This document shows, in pieces, positions 30,351 through 40,852 of a stretch of 64,000 nt of DNA. The notes under the pieces are model-generated. The model saw only the letters and a list, made by a program, of their open reading frames with translations. It did not search any database and was not told the origin of the DNA. Position numbers and translations under genes: made by a program. How positions within the stretch are numbered: the first letter of the stretch is position 1; each line of letters opens with the position of its first letter. Location: contig CAXXFK010000041.1 of NCBI GenBank assembly GCA_963663965.2, positions 1 through 64,000 on the forward strand, given 5' to 3'. The stretch is from Sedimentisphaerales bacterium (GTDB taxonomy: Bacteria; Planctomycetota; Phycisphaerae; Sedimentisphaerales; SM23-30).

Positions 30351-30662
30351 GGTAGCCCCGATCACTACAACCAGTGCATAACACCTGTGGATTGAGCAAA
30401 AAACCCAATCCACCCAGCCCTGTTGCGCATATTAACAGATTACGGGATTACAGCTGATAGTATCAAATCCCGTATGTAAAATGACTTAACTTATGAAATT
30501 ACAAATGCATAAGGTAACTCTCATGACTGGGCAGGCCATTGCCGTGGCAAATGGATATGTCATCACTGAATAACTAAATGTGTTAAAAATTATTCTTGAA
30601 AGAAACAGATCGTCCTGTTTATGATCCATTTATATTTTAAGGGTTTAACACCATTTTTATGC

Positions 30663-30691
30663 TTGCAAACCAGGCGATTTTTGTTTATTAT
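30663..30691 (+). promoter_or_regulatory. Putative sigma70 promoter of ffh operon
   Basis: TTGCAA-17 nt-TATTAT. Confidence 0.5.
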
Positions 30692-30775
30692 TCTCGATTC
30701 TATGTCTGCGCAAAGACATTGCGCTAAGTGATTATTTTAGACCGAGTAAACGAAATTTAAGAAACGTAACTAACC

Positions 30776-32206
30776 TTGTTTAATGCCTTAACAGACAAAT
30801 TGAGCAGCGCATTTCGTAACCTGACCGGGCGTGGTCGGATTACTGAAAGTAATGTTCAGGATGCCATCAGTCAGGTCAGAACCGCCCTGCTGGAAGCGGA
30901 TGTAAATTACAAGGTGGTTAAGGATTTCTGTGAATCGGTTACCCAGAAAGCTTTAGGCGCTGAAGTCATTAAAAGTGTTCAGCCGGGTCAGATGATGGTT
31001 AAAATCGTCAATGACGAATTAATCAATCTGATGGGGCCTGTGGATAACGAAATTTACTATGTTTCACCGGGACCAACGGTTATTTTGCTGGCGGGTCTTC
31101 AGGGAAGTGGTAAAACCACTACCGCGGGTAAACTGGCTCGTTATCTGGAAAGCAAGGGCCGCAAGCCATTGTTAGTCGCTGACGACCTACAGAGACCGGC
31201 GGCTATCGATCAGTTAAAAACGCTGGGTGAACAATTAAATATCCCGGTTTACAGCGAATCGAGTAAAGATGCCGTTATGGTAGCCCGTAACGGTGTTAAA
31301 TTCGCGCGCGAAAAAGGGCGCGATACGGTCGTTCTGGATACCGCGGGCCGATTGCATATCGACAATGAGTTGATGACCGAATTGAAGCAGGTCTGTAACG
31401 CCGTTCAACCGCATCAGATTTATCTGGTGTGTGATTCCATGACCGGCCAGGATGCTGTTAACAGCGCCAAAGAATTCAATGAGCAGCTTGAATTGGACGG
31501 CGTCATATTAACCAAACTGGATGGCGACGCGCGCGGTGGCGCCGCCCTGTCAGTGAAAGCGGTCACCGGCAAGCCGATTAAATTTATTGGCGTCGGCGAA
31601 AAGCTGGATAAACTGGAAGAGTTTCATCCGGATCGAATGTCCAGCCGTATTCTTGGCATGGGCGACATTGTTACCCTGGTCGAAAAAGCCCAGGAACAGG
31701 TCAGTGAAGAAGAAGCCCAGAAAATGCAGGAGAAAATGGCCAAAGGGACCTTTACCTTTGATGATTTTCTCAAGCAGATGCAGATGATGCGTAAAATGGG
31801 CGGCTTCAAAGATGTATTGAAATTGATCCCGGGTATGGGCAAGGCGATGTCCGGTTTTAATATTGATGACAAGGAGATCGCCCGGATTGAAGCGGTCGTT
31901 CACTCGATGACAAGGGATGAACGAAATGATCCTGACATTATTAATTTGTCCCGCCGCCGCCGAATCGCGCGTGGCAGCGGGATGGATATTGGCATAGTCA
32001 ACGGCTTGATTAAGACCTTCGAGCAGTCGCGCCAGATGATGCGGGCGATGAGTGGCTTGGGACCCCGTGGCAAGTTGCAGGCGATGTCCCAGATGGGAAA
32101 TATGCTTGAACAGGGTGGGGGGCGGATGCCCGGTAAAATCAAGATGCGTTCTAAGCGAAAAAAGGTGGAACGCAAACCGAGACCTAACAAGAAGAAAAAA
32201 CGGTAA
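30776..32206 (+). CDS. ffh: Signal recognition particle protein
   Basis: [33 protein letters not shown]-domain SMT..ER...[14 protein letters not shown] start. Confidence 0.97.
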   Translation: MFNALTDKLSSAFRNLTGRGRITESNVQDAISQVRTALLEADVNYKVVKDFCESVTQKALGAEVIKSVQPGQMMVKIVNDELINLMGPVDNEIYYVSPGPTVILLAGLQGSGKTTTAGKLARYLESKGRKPLLVADDLQRPAAIDQLKTLGEQLNIPVYSESSKDAVMVARNGVKFAREKGRDTVVLDTAGRLHIDNELMTELKQVCNAVQPHQIYLVCDSMTGQDAVNSAKEFNEQLELDGVILTKLDGDARGGAALSVKAVTGKPIKFIGVGEKLDKLEEFHPDRMSSRILGMGDIVTLVEKAQEQVSEEEAQKMQEKMAKGTFTFDDFLKQMQMMRKMGGFKDVLKLIPGMGKAMSGFNIDDKEIARIEAVVHSMTRDERNDPDIINLSRRRRIARGSGMDIGIVNGLIKTFEQSRQMMRAMSGLGPRGKLQAMSQMGNMLEQGGGRMPGKIKMRSKRKKVERKPRPNKKKKR

Positions 32207-32224
32207 TCCCGTCTGGAAGAAAAA

Positions 32225-32572
32225 ATGACGGATATCGATTTTTGCCGAACGATTGAAGCATACCTGGCCTATGTGGGGCGTTTTTGTGGCCATGCCTTCG
32301 GACGGCAATTTCGACAGCAGTTTGCCGATCATCGCGGCACGGCTGAATTGGCGATGTTGGCATCGCCCAGCCGAGAGGAATATGAGAGTTTCGTTAGAGT
32401 AGTGGCTTCGATGACTCCGGAAGAAAAGTCATCGCCTGAAACGCTCAATGATCTGGATATACAGGAAATTGCCCGGCGGGCAAATGTAGAACCCGCTCTG
32501 GCAGGTTTGTTTGTTAATGGATTTGTTCTTGCTCGCAAGAAGGCCGGATGGTCCGGATCTTCAAGTGAGTAA
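32225..32572 (+). CDS. Hypothetical protein resembling an isolated SRP54/Ffh M-domain
   Basis: VVASMTPEEKSSPETLNDLDIQEIARRANVEPALAGLFVNGF aligns by eye with Ffh [42 protein letters not shown]. Confidence 0.65.
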   Translation: MTDIDFCRTIEAYLAYVGRFCGHAFGRQFRQQFADHRGTAELAMLASPSREEYESFVRVVASMTPEEKSSPETLNDLDIQEIARRANVEPALAGLFVNGFVLARKKAGWSGSSSE

Positions 32573-32618
32573 ATAAATAGTATTTTGTAATGATTAGTAT
32601 TTTTGGAGAACCAAACGC

Positions 32619-32870
32619 GTGGTAAAAATCAGACTGAAACGCATGGGAAGACGTCATCGTCCGTTTTATCGTATTAATGCCATGGATTCCCGCTGTCCTC
32701 GTGACGGGCGTGTGATTGAACAATTGGGTTATTATGATCCGATTTGCAAAGATTCTGAAAAGCAGGTTAACCTGAAAGAAGAAAGAATTCGCTATTGGTT
32801 GAATGTTGGCGCTGAACCCAGCGATACCGTTCGCAATATTCTGAAGCGAAAAGGAATCCTGAACGGCTAG
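32619..32870 (+). CDS. rpsP: 30S ribosomal protein S16
   Basis: [25 protein letters not shown]. Confidence 0.97.
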   Translation: MVKIRLKRMGRRHRPFYRINAMDSRCPRDGRVIEQLGYYDPICKDSEKQVNLKEERIRYWLNVGAEPSDTVRNILKRKGILNG

Positions 32871-32881
32871 AAGATGACCGT

Positions 32882-33601
32882 ATGAGGTTTGATATCCTGA
32901 CTTTGTTCCCGCGAATGTTCGAGGGTGTTTTTGGCGAATCGATAGTCAAGCGCGCCTGTGAGAATGCTCTGGTGGATATAAAGCTGACCAATATTCGGGA
33001 TTTTGCCCGGGATAATTATGGCAGTGTGGATGACAAGCCTTATGGCGGTGGGCCCGGCATGGTCATGATGTGTCAGCCCATTTTTGATGCCGTTGCGGAG
33101 GTATGCCGCGTTGGCGAACCGCCGGATGAAGTTATCCTGATGACGCCTCAAGGTGTGCCCTTGGATCAGAAACTGGCGGCGCAGCTGGCTTCCAGAAAAC
33201 GCCTGATATTAATCGCCGGCCATTATGAAGGATTTGATGAGAGAATTAGAGATGGACTGGCAACGCTGGAAATTTCACTGGGCGATTTTGTCCTGAGTGG
33301 AGGAGAAATTCCAGCCATGGCTCTTGTCGATGCTGTTATCAGGTTGTTGCCTGGCGCTCTGGGCGATGATCATTCCAGCGTGGAAGAATCCTTTAGTCAT
33401 GGTTTGCTGGAGTATCCGCATTATACCCGACCGGCGGAATATGCCGGTATGAAAGTGCCGGAGATATTGTTAAGCGGCCATCATAAAAAAATTGAAGAAT
33501 GGCGCCACGAACAAGCGCTTTTACGAACCCGGCAGAGACGTCCGGATTTGTTAAATCAGTCAAACCAAAAGCATATTCAAGCTTTTAAAGAAAATAACTA
33601 A
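32882..33601 (+). CDS. trmD: tRNA (guanine37-N1)-methyltransferase
   Basis: [43 protein letters not shown]. Confidence 0.97.
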   Translation: MRFDILTLFPRMFEGVFGESIVKRACENALVDIKLTNIRDFARDNYGSVDDKPYGGGPGMVMMCQPIFDAVAEVCRVGEPPDEVILMTPQGVPLDQKLAAQLASRKRLILIAGHYEGFDERIRDGLATLEISLGDFVLSGGEIPAMALVDAVIRLLPGALGDDHSSVEESFSHGLLEYPHYTRPAEYAGMKVPEILLSGHHKKIEEWRHEQALLRTRQRRPDLLNQSNQKHIQAFKENN

Positions 33602-33633
33602 GTAGATAGTAATAATTGTGAAAGGTTAATGTT

Positions 33634-33993
33634 ATGATATCTGCATTAATTGAGACAGTACAGGCCAAGCACTTGAAAAAAGATCCTCCCAGGTTTAATG
33701 TGGGGGATACAGTGGATGTCCATGTGAAGATTGTTGAAGGCGATAAAACCCGCGTTCAGGTCTTCAATGGTACGGTGATTGCCCGCAAAGGGAGCGGGAT
33801 TACTGAAGTATTTACTGTTCGCCGGATTGTGAATAACGAGGGCGTGGAACGTATTTTCCCGGTTCATTCCCCCAATGTGGTTAAGGTTGAAGTGCTTCGC
33901 TCCGGCTTCATCCGTCGCAGTAAACTCTATTTCCTGCGTAACCGTACCGGTAAAGCGGTTCGTTTACGTGACCGGCGTGTTGCCCGGAAATAA
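33634..33993 (+). CDS. rplS: 50S ribosomal protein L19
   Basis: F.VGDTV.VHVKIVEG, GVERIFPVHSP, RRSKLYFLR. Confidence 0.97.
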   Translation: MISALIETVQAKHLKKDPPRFNVGDTVDVHVKIVEGDKTRVQVFNGTVIARKGSGITEVFTVRRIVNNEGVERIFPVHSPNVVKVEVLRSGFIRRSKLYFLRNRTGKAVRLRDRRVARK

Positions 33994-34023
33994 GAGGTTC
34001 TTTAGTTTAACGCTGACCAATCA

Positions 34024-34066
34024 GGCGCCAATCCGCTTCTTGCGCGGAATGGCGCTTTTGTTGTTT
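34024..34066 (+). terminator. Putative terminator after rplS
   Basis: GGCGCCA.TCCGC / GCGGA.TGGCGCT stem then TTTTGTTGTTT. Confidence 0.7.
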
Positions 34067-34080
34067 GTAATGAGTTCCAA

Positions 34081-34503
34081 ATGGGACTGATATTTGAAAA
34101 AATATTAAAGCTGTTCCATTTTCGATCGATACTTGGCGGCCCAAAAATATCGAAAACGGCATGGTTAGGCAGAAAAGGCGAAAAACAGGCGTGTCGTTAC
34201 CTCAAAAAAAACGGTTATCGAATCTTAAGACACAATTTTCGCTGTGAATCTGGTGAGATTGATTTGATCGCGCAGGATGGGCCTGAAGTGGTCTTTGTTG
34301 AAGTAAAAACTAGACGCAATGAAGACTATATCCAAACCGAAAAAGTGGTCAATAATACCAAGCAAAAACGTATTCGATCGGCCGCCCGTTACTTTATCCG
34401 GCGGTTTAAACTGCAATATTATCAACCGCGTTATGATATTATCGTCGTGATTTGGCCAGTCCATGAAAAACCCGAGATTCGTCACACGCTCCGGGCTTTT
34501 TAA
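34081..34503 (+). CDS. yraN: YraN-family (UPF0102) putative endonuclease
   Basis: G..GE..A..YL, GEIDLIA, VFVEVKTR. Confidence 0.9.
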   Translation: MGLIFEKILKLFHFRSILGGPKISKTAWLGRKGEKQACRYLKKNGYRILRHNFRCESGEIDLIAQDGPEVVFVEVKTRRNEDYIQTEKVVNNTKQKRIRSAARYFIRRFKLQYYQPRYDIIVVIWPVHEKPEIRHTLRAF

Positions 34504-34544
34504 GAGGTTTTGACCGATTCCACGGGGGTATGGGAATATGAGCA

Positions 34545-35318
34545 ATGAATCTAATCGATACACATGCCCATTTAACGGATGAGCGACTATATTCGATGAT
34601 AAACGATGTCATCCATCGTGCTCGAAATGTGGGCGTTAAACGCTGTATTACGGTTGGATGTGATATCGAAGACAGTATCAGGGCGGCCCGGGTGGCTCAC
34701 GCCTGGGATGAAATATATTTTACGGCGGGTGTTCACCCCCATGAAGCGGCCCGGCAGGAACAACAAGTCTTTGATCGACTGCGTGAGATTGCTGTTGATG
34801 AACGTTGTGTGGCGCTTGGTGAAATGGGACTGGATTATTACTATGACCATTCACCCCGTCCGGTACAGCAAAAGGTTTTTGCCGAACAATTGCTACTGGC
34901 TCAAACATTGCGTAAATCCGTGGTGATCCACTGCCGGGATGCTATGGAGGATTGTGTCGGGATCCTGAAAGACTGGAATTGTCAGGACATCCCGGTGATA
35001 TTCCACTGTTACAGCGGGACGGTATCGCAAGCTAAAATACTGCTTGATAGGGGATGTTTTTTATCGTTTACTGGAACCGTCACATTTAAAAAGGCCCTGG
35101 AAACTCAGGAGGTTGTTCGTTATTCCCCTCTGGATCGCATTCTGTTAGAAACGGATTGTCCTTATTTAAGTCCGGAGCCGAAGCGGCATATAAAACCGAA
35201 TGAACCGGCCTTGCTGATCCATATTGCTGAAAAAGTGGCTCAACTTAAAGAACTGACTCTGGAAGAAATCGCTCAGGTAACCTGGAAAAACAGCCGATGC
35301 GTTTTTAAGCTGGAATAA
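34545..35318 (+). CDS. tatD: TatD-family deoxyribonuclease
   Basis: DTHAHL, GVHPH, GEMGLDY, HCR, LETDCPYL. Confidence 0.93.
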   Translation: MNLIDTHAHLTDERLYSMINDVIHRARNVGVKRCITVGCDIEDSIRAARVAHAWDEIYFTAGVHPHEAARQEQQVFDRLREIAVDERCVALGEMGLDYYYDHSPRPVQQKVFAEQLLLAQTLRKSVVIHCRDAMEDCVGILKDWNCQDIPVIFHCYSGTVSQAKILLDRGCFLSFTGTVTFKKALETQEVVRYSPLDRILLETDCPYLSPEPKRHIKPNEPALLIHIAEKVAQLKELTLEEIAQVTWKNSRCVFKLE

Positions 35319-35335
35319 ATTGATTGGAGGCATCC

Positions 35336-36313
35336 ATGAGTGCTGGCAAAAAAGGCAAAACGACTCCCGATACATCAAAAGTTGAAAAAAACAGGCCCGA
35401 TAAACAGAAGCCTGAATTGACGCAAACCACGGATCAAGTCTCCTATGCCCATGCGATGATGGAATCGGCGTTGTCTATCATTCGAAAATGTAATTTAAAA
35501 GCATTGCTGATTTATGTCGATGGATTGGCCAGTTTGGATGAGTTGGAATTGCTGGATTTCAAAGCATCAGTACAAATTATTTTGATTGCCCGTAATGACA
35601 GCGTCTATGAAAAAGCATTGGAATATACAGATAAAGTTGTCCGGGTGCCACAGGTAAGTCTGACGCGAATCAGCCAAATCAAACTGGCGGTGATGTTGAG
35701 TTTTTCCAATCGATTCCTCGAGCCTGGCGATAAATTTATTTTTCTGGCAGGCTTGCCTGATGAACCCTTGGATACCATGATGATTTTGGAGGTCGGACGT
35801 GAATATGAAATGTTTCAGTCGGTCGATCAGCCTCCATTAACCGAGCATATACGACGGGCGGTCTTTGAACGGGTATTTAGCCTCGCACTGGAACTGGCAG
35901 CTGAAGGCCGTGAGGGAAAACCGATCGGGGTAATTTTTGTCCTGGGGGATTCCAATTCGGTGATTGAAAATTCCCGGCAAATGATCATGAATCCTTTCAA
36001 AGGGTATCCGGAATCCGAGCGTAATATTCTGGATGATCAGATGAAAGACACGATCAAAGAGTTTTCCGCCATAGATGGAGCGATTATAATTAAGGGGACT
36101 GGCGTTGTCGTGTCTGCGGGTACATACCTGTTACCTCGATTAGTCTGTGAAGATTTGCCTCAGGGTCTGGGGGCTCGTCATGTAGCCGCTGCCGCTATTA
36201 CTGCAGCCACGCGCAGCATTGCCATTTCAATCAGCGAATCGACCGGAACGGTTCGAATCTGGCGCCAGGGCAAAATGATCACAGAAATTGAAAAGGCCAA
36301 ACATAAAGATTAA
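35336..36313 (+). CDS. Diadenylate cyclase (DisA_N domain, DacZ-like architecture)
   Basis: EGREGKPIG, IKEFSAIDGA, GLGARH.AA motifs; ATG after GGAGG. Confidence 0.8.
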   Translation: MSAGKKGKTTPDTSKVEKNRPDKQKPELTQTTDQVSYAHAMMESALSIIRKCNLKALLIYVDGLASLDELELLDFKASVQIILIARNDSVYEKALEYTDKVVRVPQVSLTRISQIKLAVMLSFSNRFLEPGDKFIFLAGLPDEPLDTMMILEVGREYEMFQSVDQPPLTEHIRRAVFERVFSLALELAAEGREGKPIGVIFVLGDSNSVIENSRQMIMNPFKGYPESERNILDDQMKDTIKEFSAIDGAIIIKGTGVVVSAGTYLLPRLVCEDLPQGLGARHVAAAAITAATRSIAISISESTGTVRIWRQGKMITEIEKAKHKD

Positions 36314-36586
36314 AGAGAGAGTAATTTCATTCCCGCTTAAGCTTCAATTCGGTAAATCAAAATTTCGAAAAAAAGATCGGTAAAGGCAATAGTTAATATG
36401 AGGATAAAACAATCTGATACTGATTAGGGTTGCTTAATTTAATCCATGCTTTTTTCCTTTAAATTTGCTTTTAAGCCAATGAAAACCTGTTTATAATACT
36501 GTATTGATCAGTAGTGCGGCAAATAAGATAGATATGCCGGCTCAAGTGTGTGAGAGTGAATTGTAAGTCTTATTATATAAGGATTT

Positions 36587-38131
36587 ATGGATTTGGAAGA
36601 AACCATTGCCATTCTTGATTTTGGTAGTCAATACGGCCAGCTGATTGCCCGGCGGATTCGTGAAAATCATGTTTATAGCGTCATTTGCCGGCATGACATT
36701 TCTATTGAACGACTGAGAACGATGAACCTGAAAGGGATCATTCTGAGTGGGGGGCCGGCTAGTGTTTTTAGCTTGAATGCTCCCAGATGTTCCGAAGAAA
36801 TATTCAGTTTGGGCGTGCCTGTTATGGGCATATGTTATGGTATGCAGATTGGCTGTCAGATTCTTGGCGCCAAAGTGGATACCGCAGAAAGCCGTGAGTA
36901 TGGTTCGACCCGATTATTTGTGGATAAGAGCGAAGGATTGCTCGAGCATCTGGATGGTGAAAAAATTGTCTGGATGAGCCATGGTGATCAGGTGAATGAA
37001 CTCCCGAAAGAATTTATTTCTCTGGGATCGACAGCAACCTGCCCCTATGCGGCAGTACGGCACCAGTCCGTTCCGTTTTTTGGTGTGCAATTTCATCCCG
37101 AAGTGACCCATACCCCTTGTGGCAGCCGCATCTTTGAGAACTTCCTCTATGCGATTTGTGGTTGTAGTGGATCATGGCGCATGGGAGACTTCATTGAACA
37201 ATCCTGTGAAGAAATCCGTTATCGTGTCAAAAACAAAACCGTTATTTGCGGTTTAAGTGGGGGAGTGGATTCTTCGGTTGCCGCGGCTCTGCTGCACAAG
37301 GCCATTGGCAACCAATTGGTATGTATTTTCGTTGATAATGGCCTGTTGCGTAAAGGAGAACGCGACTATGTGGAAACAACATTTCGTGATCACTTTCAGA
37401 TTGACCTGCGGGTGGTGGATTGGTCCGACAAATTTCTCAGTGGGCTGGCCGGGGTTACAGATCCTCAGCGAAAACGAATTATTATTGGACATGAATTTAT
37501 TGAAGCGTTTACACACGCAGCTAATAGTATCCGCGACGCCACTTTCCTTGCCCAGGGCACGCTCTATCCCGATGTTATCGAATCCGGCCACAAAGACGGT
37601 AATCCCGCCGCCAATATCAAGCTCCATCACAATGTCGGAGGATTACCGGAAAAACTGGGCTTTGAACTAGTTGAGCCGTTACGCGATCTATTTAAAGATG
37701 AAGTTCGCCTACTGGGAGAGCATTTGGGCCTACCCGAAAAGATTGTCTGGCGCCATCCATTTCCCGGTCCGGGTCTGGCGGTTCGTATTATTGGTGAAAT
37801 TACCCGGGAACGTTTGGCTGTTTTGCGCGAGGCGGATGAAATACTGATCGAAGAGATTGAAGCGGCCGGATTGTATCGCCAGATCAGCCAGGCATTGGCC
37901 GTCCTGCTTCCCATTCAATCGGTGGGTGTGATGGGAGATGACCGCAGTTATGACAATGTCGTGGCAATCCGCGCGGTCGAAACCCATGACTTTATGACTG
38001 CTGACTGGTCGCATATTCCTTATGAGGTCCTGGCCCGGATCAGCAACCGCATTATCAACGAAGTCCGCGGTGTAAATCGGGTAGTATATGATATTTCCAG
38101 CAAACCACCGGCAACAATTGAATGGGAATAA
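36587..38131 (+). CDS. guaA: GMP synthase (glutamine-hydrolysing)
   Basis: [43 protein letters not shown]. Confidence 0.97.
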   Translation: MDLEETIAILDFGSQYGQLIARRIRENHVYSVICRHDISIERLRTMNLKGIILSGGPASVFSLNAPRCSEEIFSLGVPVMGICYGMQIGCQILGAKVDTAESREYGSTRLFVDKSEGLLEHLDGEKIVWMSHGDQVNELPKEFISLGSTATCPYAAVRHQSVPFFGVQFHPEVTHTPCGSRIFENFLYAICGCSGSWRMGDFIEQSCEEIRYRVKNKTVICGLSGGVDSSVAAALLHKAIGNQLVCIFVDNGLLRKGERDYVETTFRDHFQIDLRVVDWSDKFLSGLAGVTDPQRKRIIIGHEFIEAFTHAANSIRDATFLAQGTLYPDVIESGHKDGNPAANIKLHHNVGGLPEKLGFELVEPLRDLFKDEVRLLGEHLGLPEKIVWRHPFPGPGLAVRIIGEITRERLAVLREADEILIEEIEAAGLYRQISQALAVLLPIQSVGVMGDDRSYDNVVAIRAVETHDFMTADWSHIPYEVLARISNRIINEVRGVNRVVYDISSKPPATIEWE

Positions 38132-38182
38132 AACAACAGAATAAATTTTTATCTTTTATGTCCTTTTAAGTTAGAATTGATC

Positions 38183-38608
38183 ATGTCAGAAACAAAAGAC
38201 CGTTTAGAACAGTTATTCGAAATGCAAGCGGAACTGAATGCCAGGATCGGTTTCGATCCCAAGGCGCATCGGGAGAATTTTGATCCGACAGTGGCCGGTG
38301 AATGGATTAGTAATTATCTAATGGCTATGAGCAACGAGTTGGAAGAACTGCGCGACTGTACCTACTGGAAGCACTGGTGCAAAGAGGCCAAAGAGGGCCG
38401 CCGGTTTGAACTTCACAATATCCAGAACGCTCGAGTGGAAGTGATTGATATGCTGTTCTTCTGGATCAGTCTGGCCCAATGCGTAGGCCTGAACGCCGAG
38501 GATGTATTTCGCTTGTACCTGCAAAAACTGGGCGTTAACCACGCCCGCCAGGATAATAACTATTCGATGGCCAATAAAACAGAAGATGATAACATCAATA
38601 TAAAGTAA
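38183..38608 (+). CDS. Dimeric all-alpha dUTPase
   Basis: E..EL, WKHW, VEVIDMLFFWIS, Y..K...N.ARQ motifs. Confidence 0.85.
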   Translation: MSETKDRLEQLFEMQAELNARIGFDPKAHRENFDPTVAGEWISNYLMAMSNELEELRDCTYWKHWCKEAKEGRRFELHNIQNARVEVIDMLFFWISLAQCVGLNAEDVFRLYLQKLGVNHARQDNNYSMANKTEDDNINIK

Positions 38609-38659
38609 TTATCTAAGTGCAGTAAAGCCGTTATGCCTGATATGTAAGACTATCTGATT

Positions 38660-39940
38660 ATGAAGCATAATTTACACTGGTTAATCTTCGTCGGTATGCT
38701 GTCAGGTATAATGGTGGGATTATGGATTAATCATAGCGTTGTGTCGAGCCGGATTTTTGAGGTTTTAGATCTGTTCGGGAAAACGCTATTTATCGGGGCT
38801 TTAAAGATGCTGGTGGCTCCGCTGATCTTCTTTTCGATTTTAACGGCAATAACCTCATTGTCCAACCGGCAACAATTGTGGTCTATGGGCTGGAAGACAT
38901 TACTATTTTATCTTACGACCACTTCAATTGCTGTTGCTATAGGATTATTTTTTGTCCTGACTATCCGTCCGGGTCACTGGTCTAATCGAAATGAAATTCG
39001 CGATAACTGGATAGAACACCGACAGCAGTTGCATAACAATTTTTCCGGAACGGAAGCTCAGGTTAATGAGGCCAGCCATAAAACCCCTCTCGATATTATT
39101 CGGCATACCCTTGAACAAACGATCAGCAATCCTTTTTTAGCCTTGTCTGAAACCCGAAGCCTGGGCATTATTTTCTTTGCTCTGATTCTGGGGGCCGCTC
39201 TTATTGCAGTGGGGAAAGTTGCGGAACCGGTTTTGCCAGTCATCCAGGGAATTAATGCAGCAATAATGAAATTGACCACCTGGATCATGCTGGGCTCACC
39301 ATTTTTTATTTTTTGCCTGGTTGCCTCGCTGGTTGGGCAGTTGGGGGCCGGGGTTTTTCAGTTACTCTCAGGTTATATCATAACCATTATAACAGGCATT
39401 GCAGTTCATCTGGTTGTATTACTGGCTATCTGTTATTTTATGGGACGAATCCCGCCCTGGCGTTTTATCTTGGCCATTCAACAGGCCTGGATGGTAGCGT
39501 TTGCCACCCGTTCCAGCGCGGCAACCTTACCAGTTACCATTTCGACTGTACAGGATGAATTGGGGATATCAGCCCAAACCGCTGAATTTGTCTTGCCATT
39601 AGGGGCAACGATAAATATGGATGGGACAGCACTTTATGAAGGTGTTGCGGTCATATTTCTCATTCAGCTCTTTGGAGGAATGCCAGGGGTAATGATCGAA
39701 TTGACGCCAGTAACGACAATTATCATTTTTATGACAGCCGTATTGGCCAGTATTGGGGCTGCTGCCGTGCCAAATGCCGGATTGGTTACTATGGTATTAG
39801 TGGCAAATGCCGTGGGTTTATCCGTTGAATATATTCCGATGATCTTTGCAGTGGATGCTTTCCTGGATATGTTCCGTACCTCAACCAATGTTATGGGAGA
39901 CATGGTAGGGGCGGTCGTGATTGATAAATTTGAAAAATAA
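38660..39940 (+). CDS. Dicarboxylate/amino acid:cation symporter (DAACS)
   Basis: AFATRSSAATLP, LPLGATINMDGTALY, DMFRTSTNVMGD. Confidence 0.93.
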   Translation: MKHNLHWLIFVGMLSGIMVGLWINHSVVSSRIFEVLDLFGKTLFIGALKMLVAPLIFFSILTAITSLSNRQQLWSMGWKTLLFYLTTTSIAVAIGLFFVLTIRPGHWSNRNEIRDNWIEHRQQLHNNFSGTEAQVNEASHKTPLDIIRHTLEQTISNPFLALSETRSLGIIFFALILGAALIAVGKVAEPVLPVIQGINAAIMKLTTWIMLGSPFFIFCLVASLVGQLGAGVFQLLSGYIITIITGIAVHLVVLLAICYFMGRIPPWRFILAIQQAWMVAFATRSSAATLPVTISTVQDELGISAQTAEFVLPLGATINMDGTALYEGVAVIFLIQLFGGMPGVMIELTPVTTIIIFMTAVLASIGAAAVPNAGLVTMVLVANAVGLSVEYIPMIFAVDAFLDMFRTSTNVMGDMVGAVVIDKFEK

Positions 39941-40001
39941 TTCGAAAACACTTTATATTTATCCAGTAAATATCTGTTTATTTATATCATAATTTTAATG
40001 G

Positions 40002-40019
40002 CTGTGATAATTATAACAG
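40002..40019. promoter_or_regulatory. Putative Rex operator
   Basis: 18-bp imperfect palindrome CTGTGATAATTATAACAG resembling the TTGTGAA-N4-TTCACAA Rex consensus, upstream of rex. Confidence 0.55.
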
Positions 40020-40036
40020 ATACAAGCTAAGTAGTC

Positions 40037-40065
40037 TTGACGCTGTGATATATATATGATATATT
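40037..40065 (+). promoter_or_regulatory. Putative sigma70 promoter of rex/hyd operon
   Basis: TTGACG-17 nt-TATATT. Confidence 0.5.
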
Positions 40066-40109
40066 GTGTTATCGATAATACATTATCGATAACAGTGAGG
40101 ATTAAAAAT

Positions 40110-40757
40110 ATGAATCAGAAAACAAAATCAATATCAGAATCAAGTGTAAAGCGATTACCGGGATATTGGCGCTACCTGAATAACTTAAAAAGAGCAGGGC
40201 GGATAGCGGTATCCTGTACCCGTATTGCTCAGTCTTTGAATCTGACAGCGATACAGGTCCGTAAGGACTTGGCCGCCACTGGCATTATCGGACGACCTAA
40301 AACCGGGTACTCAGTGAATGATTTGGTTGAACATATCGAAAAATTTTTAGGATGGCACAATACCCGTGAGGCAATTCTGGTAGGGGCCGGCCATCTGGGG
40401 CGCGCACTGTTAGGGTATAAGGGATTTGAAGACTATGGCCTGAACATTGTCTGTGCCTTCGATCAAGATTCAAAATTATTCGGTACAAATTACCAGGGTA
40501 AAGAAATCCTGCCCGTTGAAAAATTACCAGATCTCGTCAAACGGATGCAAATCCAGATTGGGATCATTACCACGCCGGCCCAGGTGGCCCAGAATATTGC
40601 CGATCAAATGATAGCTGGTGGGATTATTGCTATTTGGAACTTTGCACCGGTAAAAATCGATGCTCCCTCAGAGATTATTATCGAAAATATGGAATTATCG
40701 GCCAGTCTGGCGGTATTGTCGCACCGACTGGAAACCTCCCAAACAGATAGCTTATAG
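40110..40757 (+). CDS. rex: Redox-sensing transcriptional repressor Rex
   Basis: KRLP.Y.RYL, QVRKDL, GYSV, LVGAGHLGRAL, IWNFAP. Confidence 0.95.
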   Translation: MNQKTKSISESSVKRLPGYWRYLNNLKRAGRIAVSCTRIAQSLNLTAIQVRKDLAATGIIGRPKTGYSVNDLVEHIEKFLGWHNTREAILVGAGHLGRALLGYKGFEDYGLNIVCAFDQDSKLFGTNYQGKEILPVEKLPDLVKRMQIQIGIITTPAQVAQNIADQMIAGGIIAIWNFAPVKIDAPSEIIIENMELSASLAVLSHRLETSQTDSL

Positions 40758-40852
40758 AAGATGATATTTAATTGTTGTTGTTTTTGATTAGCGAACTTTT
40801 ATATATACTATATAGATAGATATACTAATAAATAATGCAGGAGTAAGCCGCA

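Noticed and set aside
31550..32332. 260-aa minus ORF and similar overlapping ORFs elsewhere
   Set aside because: Antisense to well-supported genes, no recognisable motifs
31039..36927. DnaA boxes TGTGGATAA at 31039 and 36919 as oriC
   Set aside because: Isolated, inside coding sequences, no cluster or unwinding element
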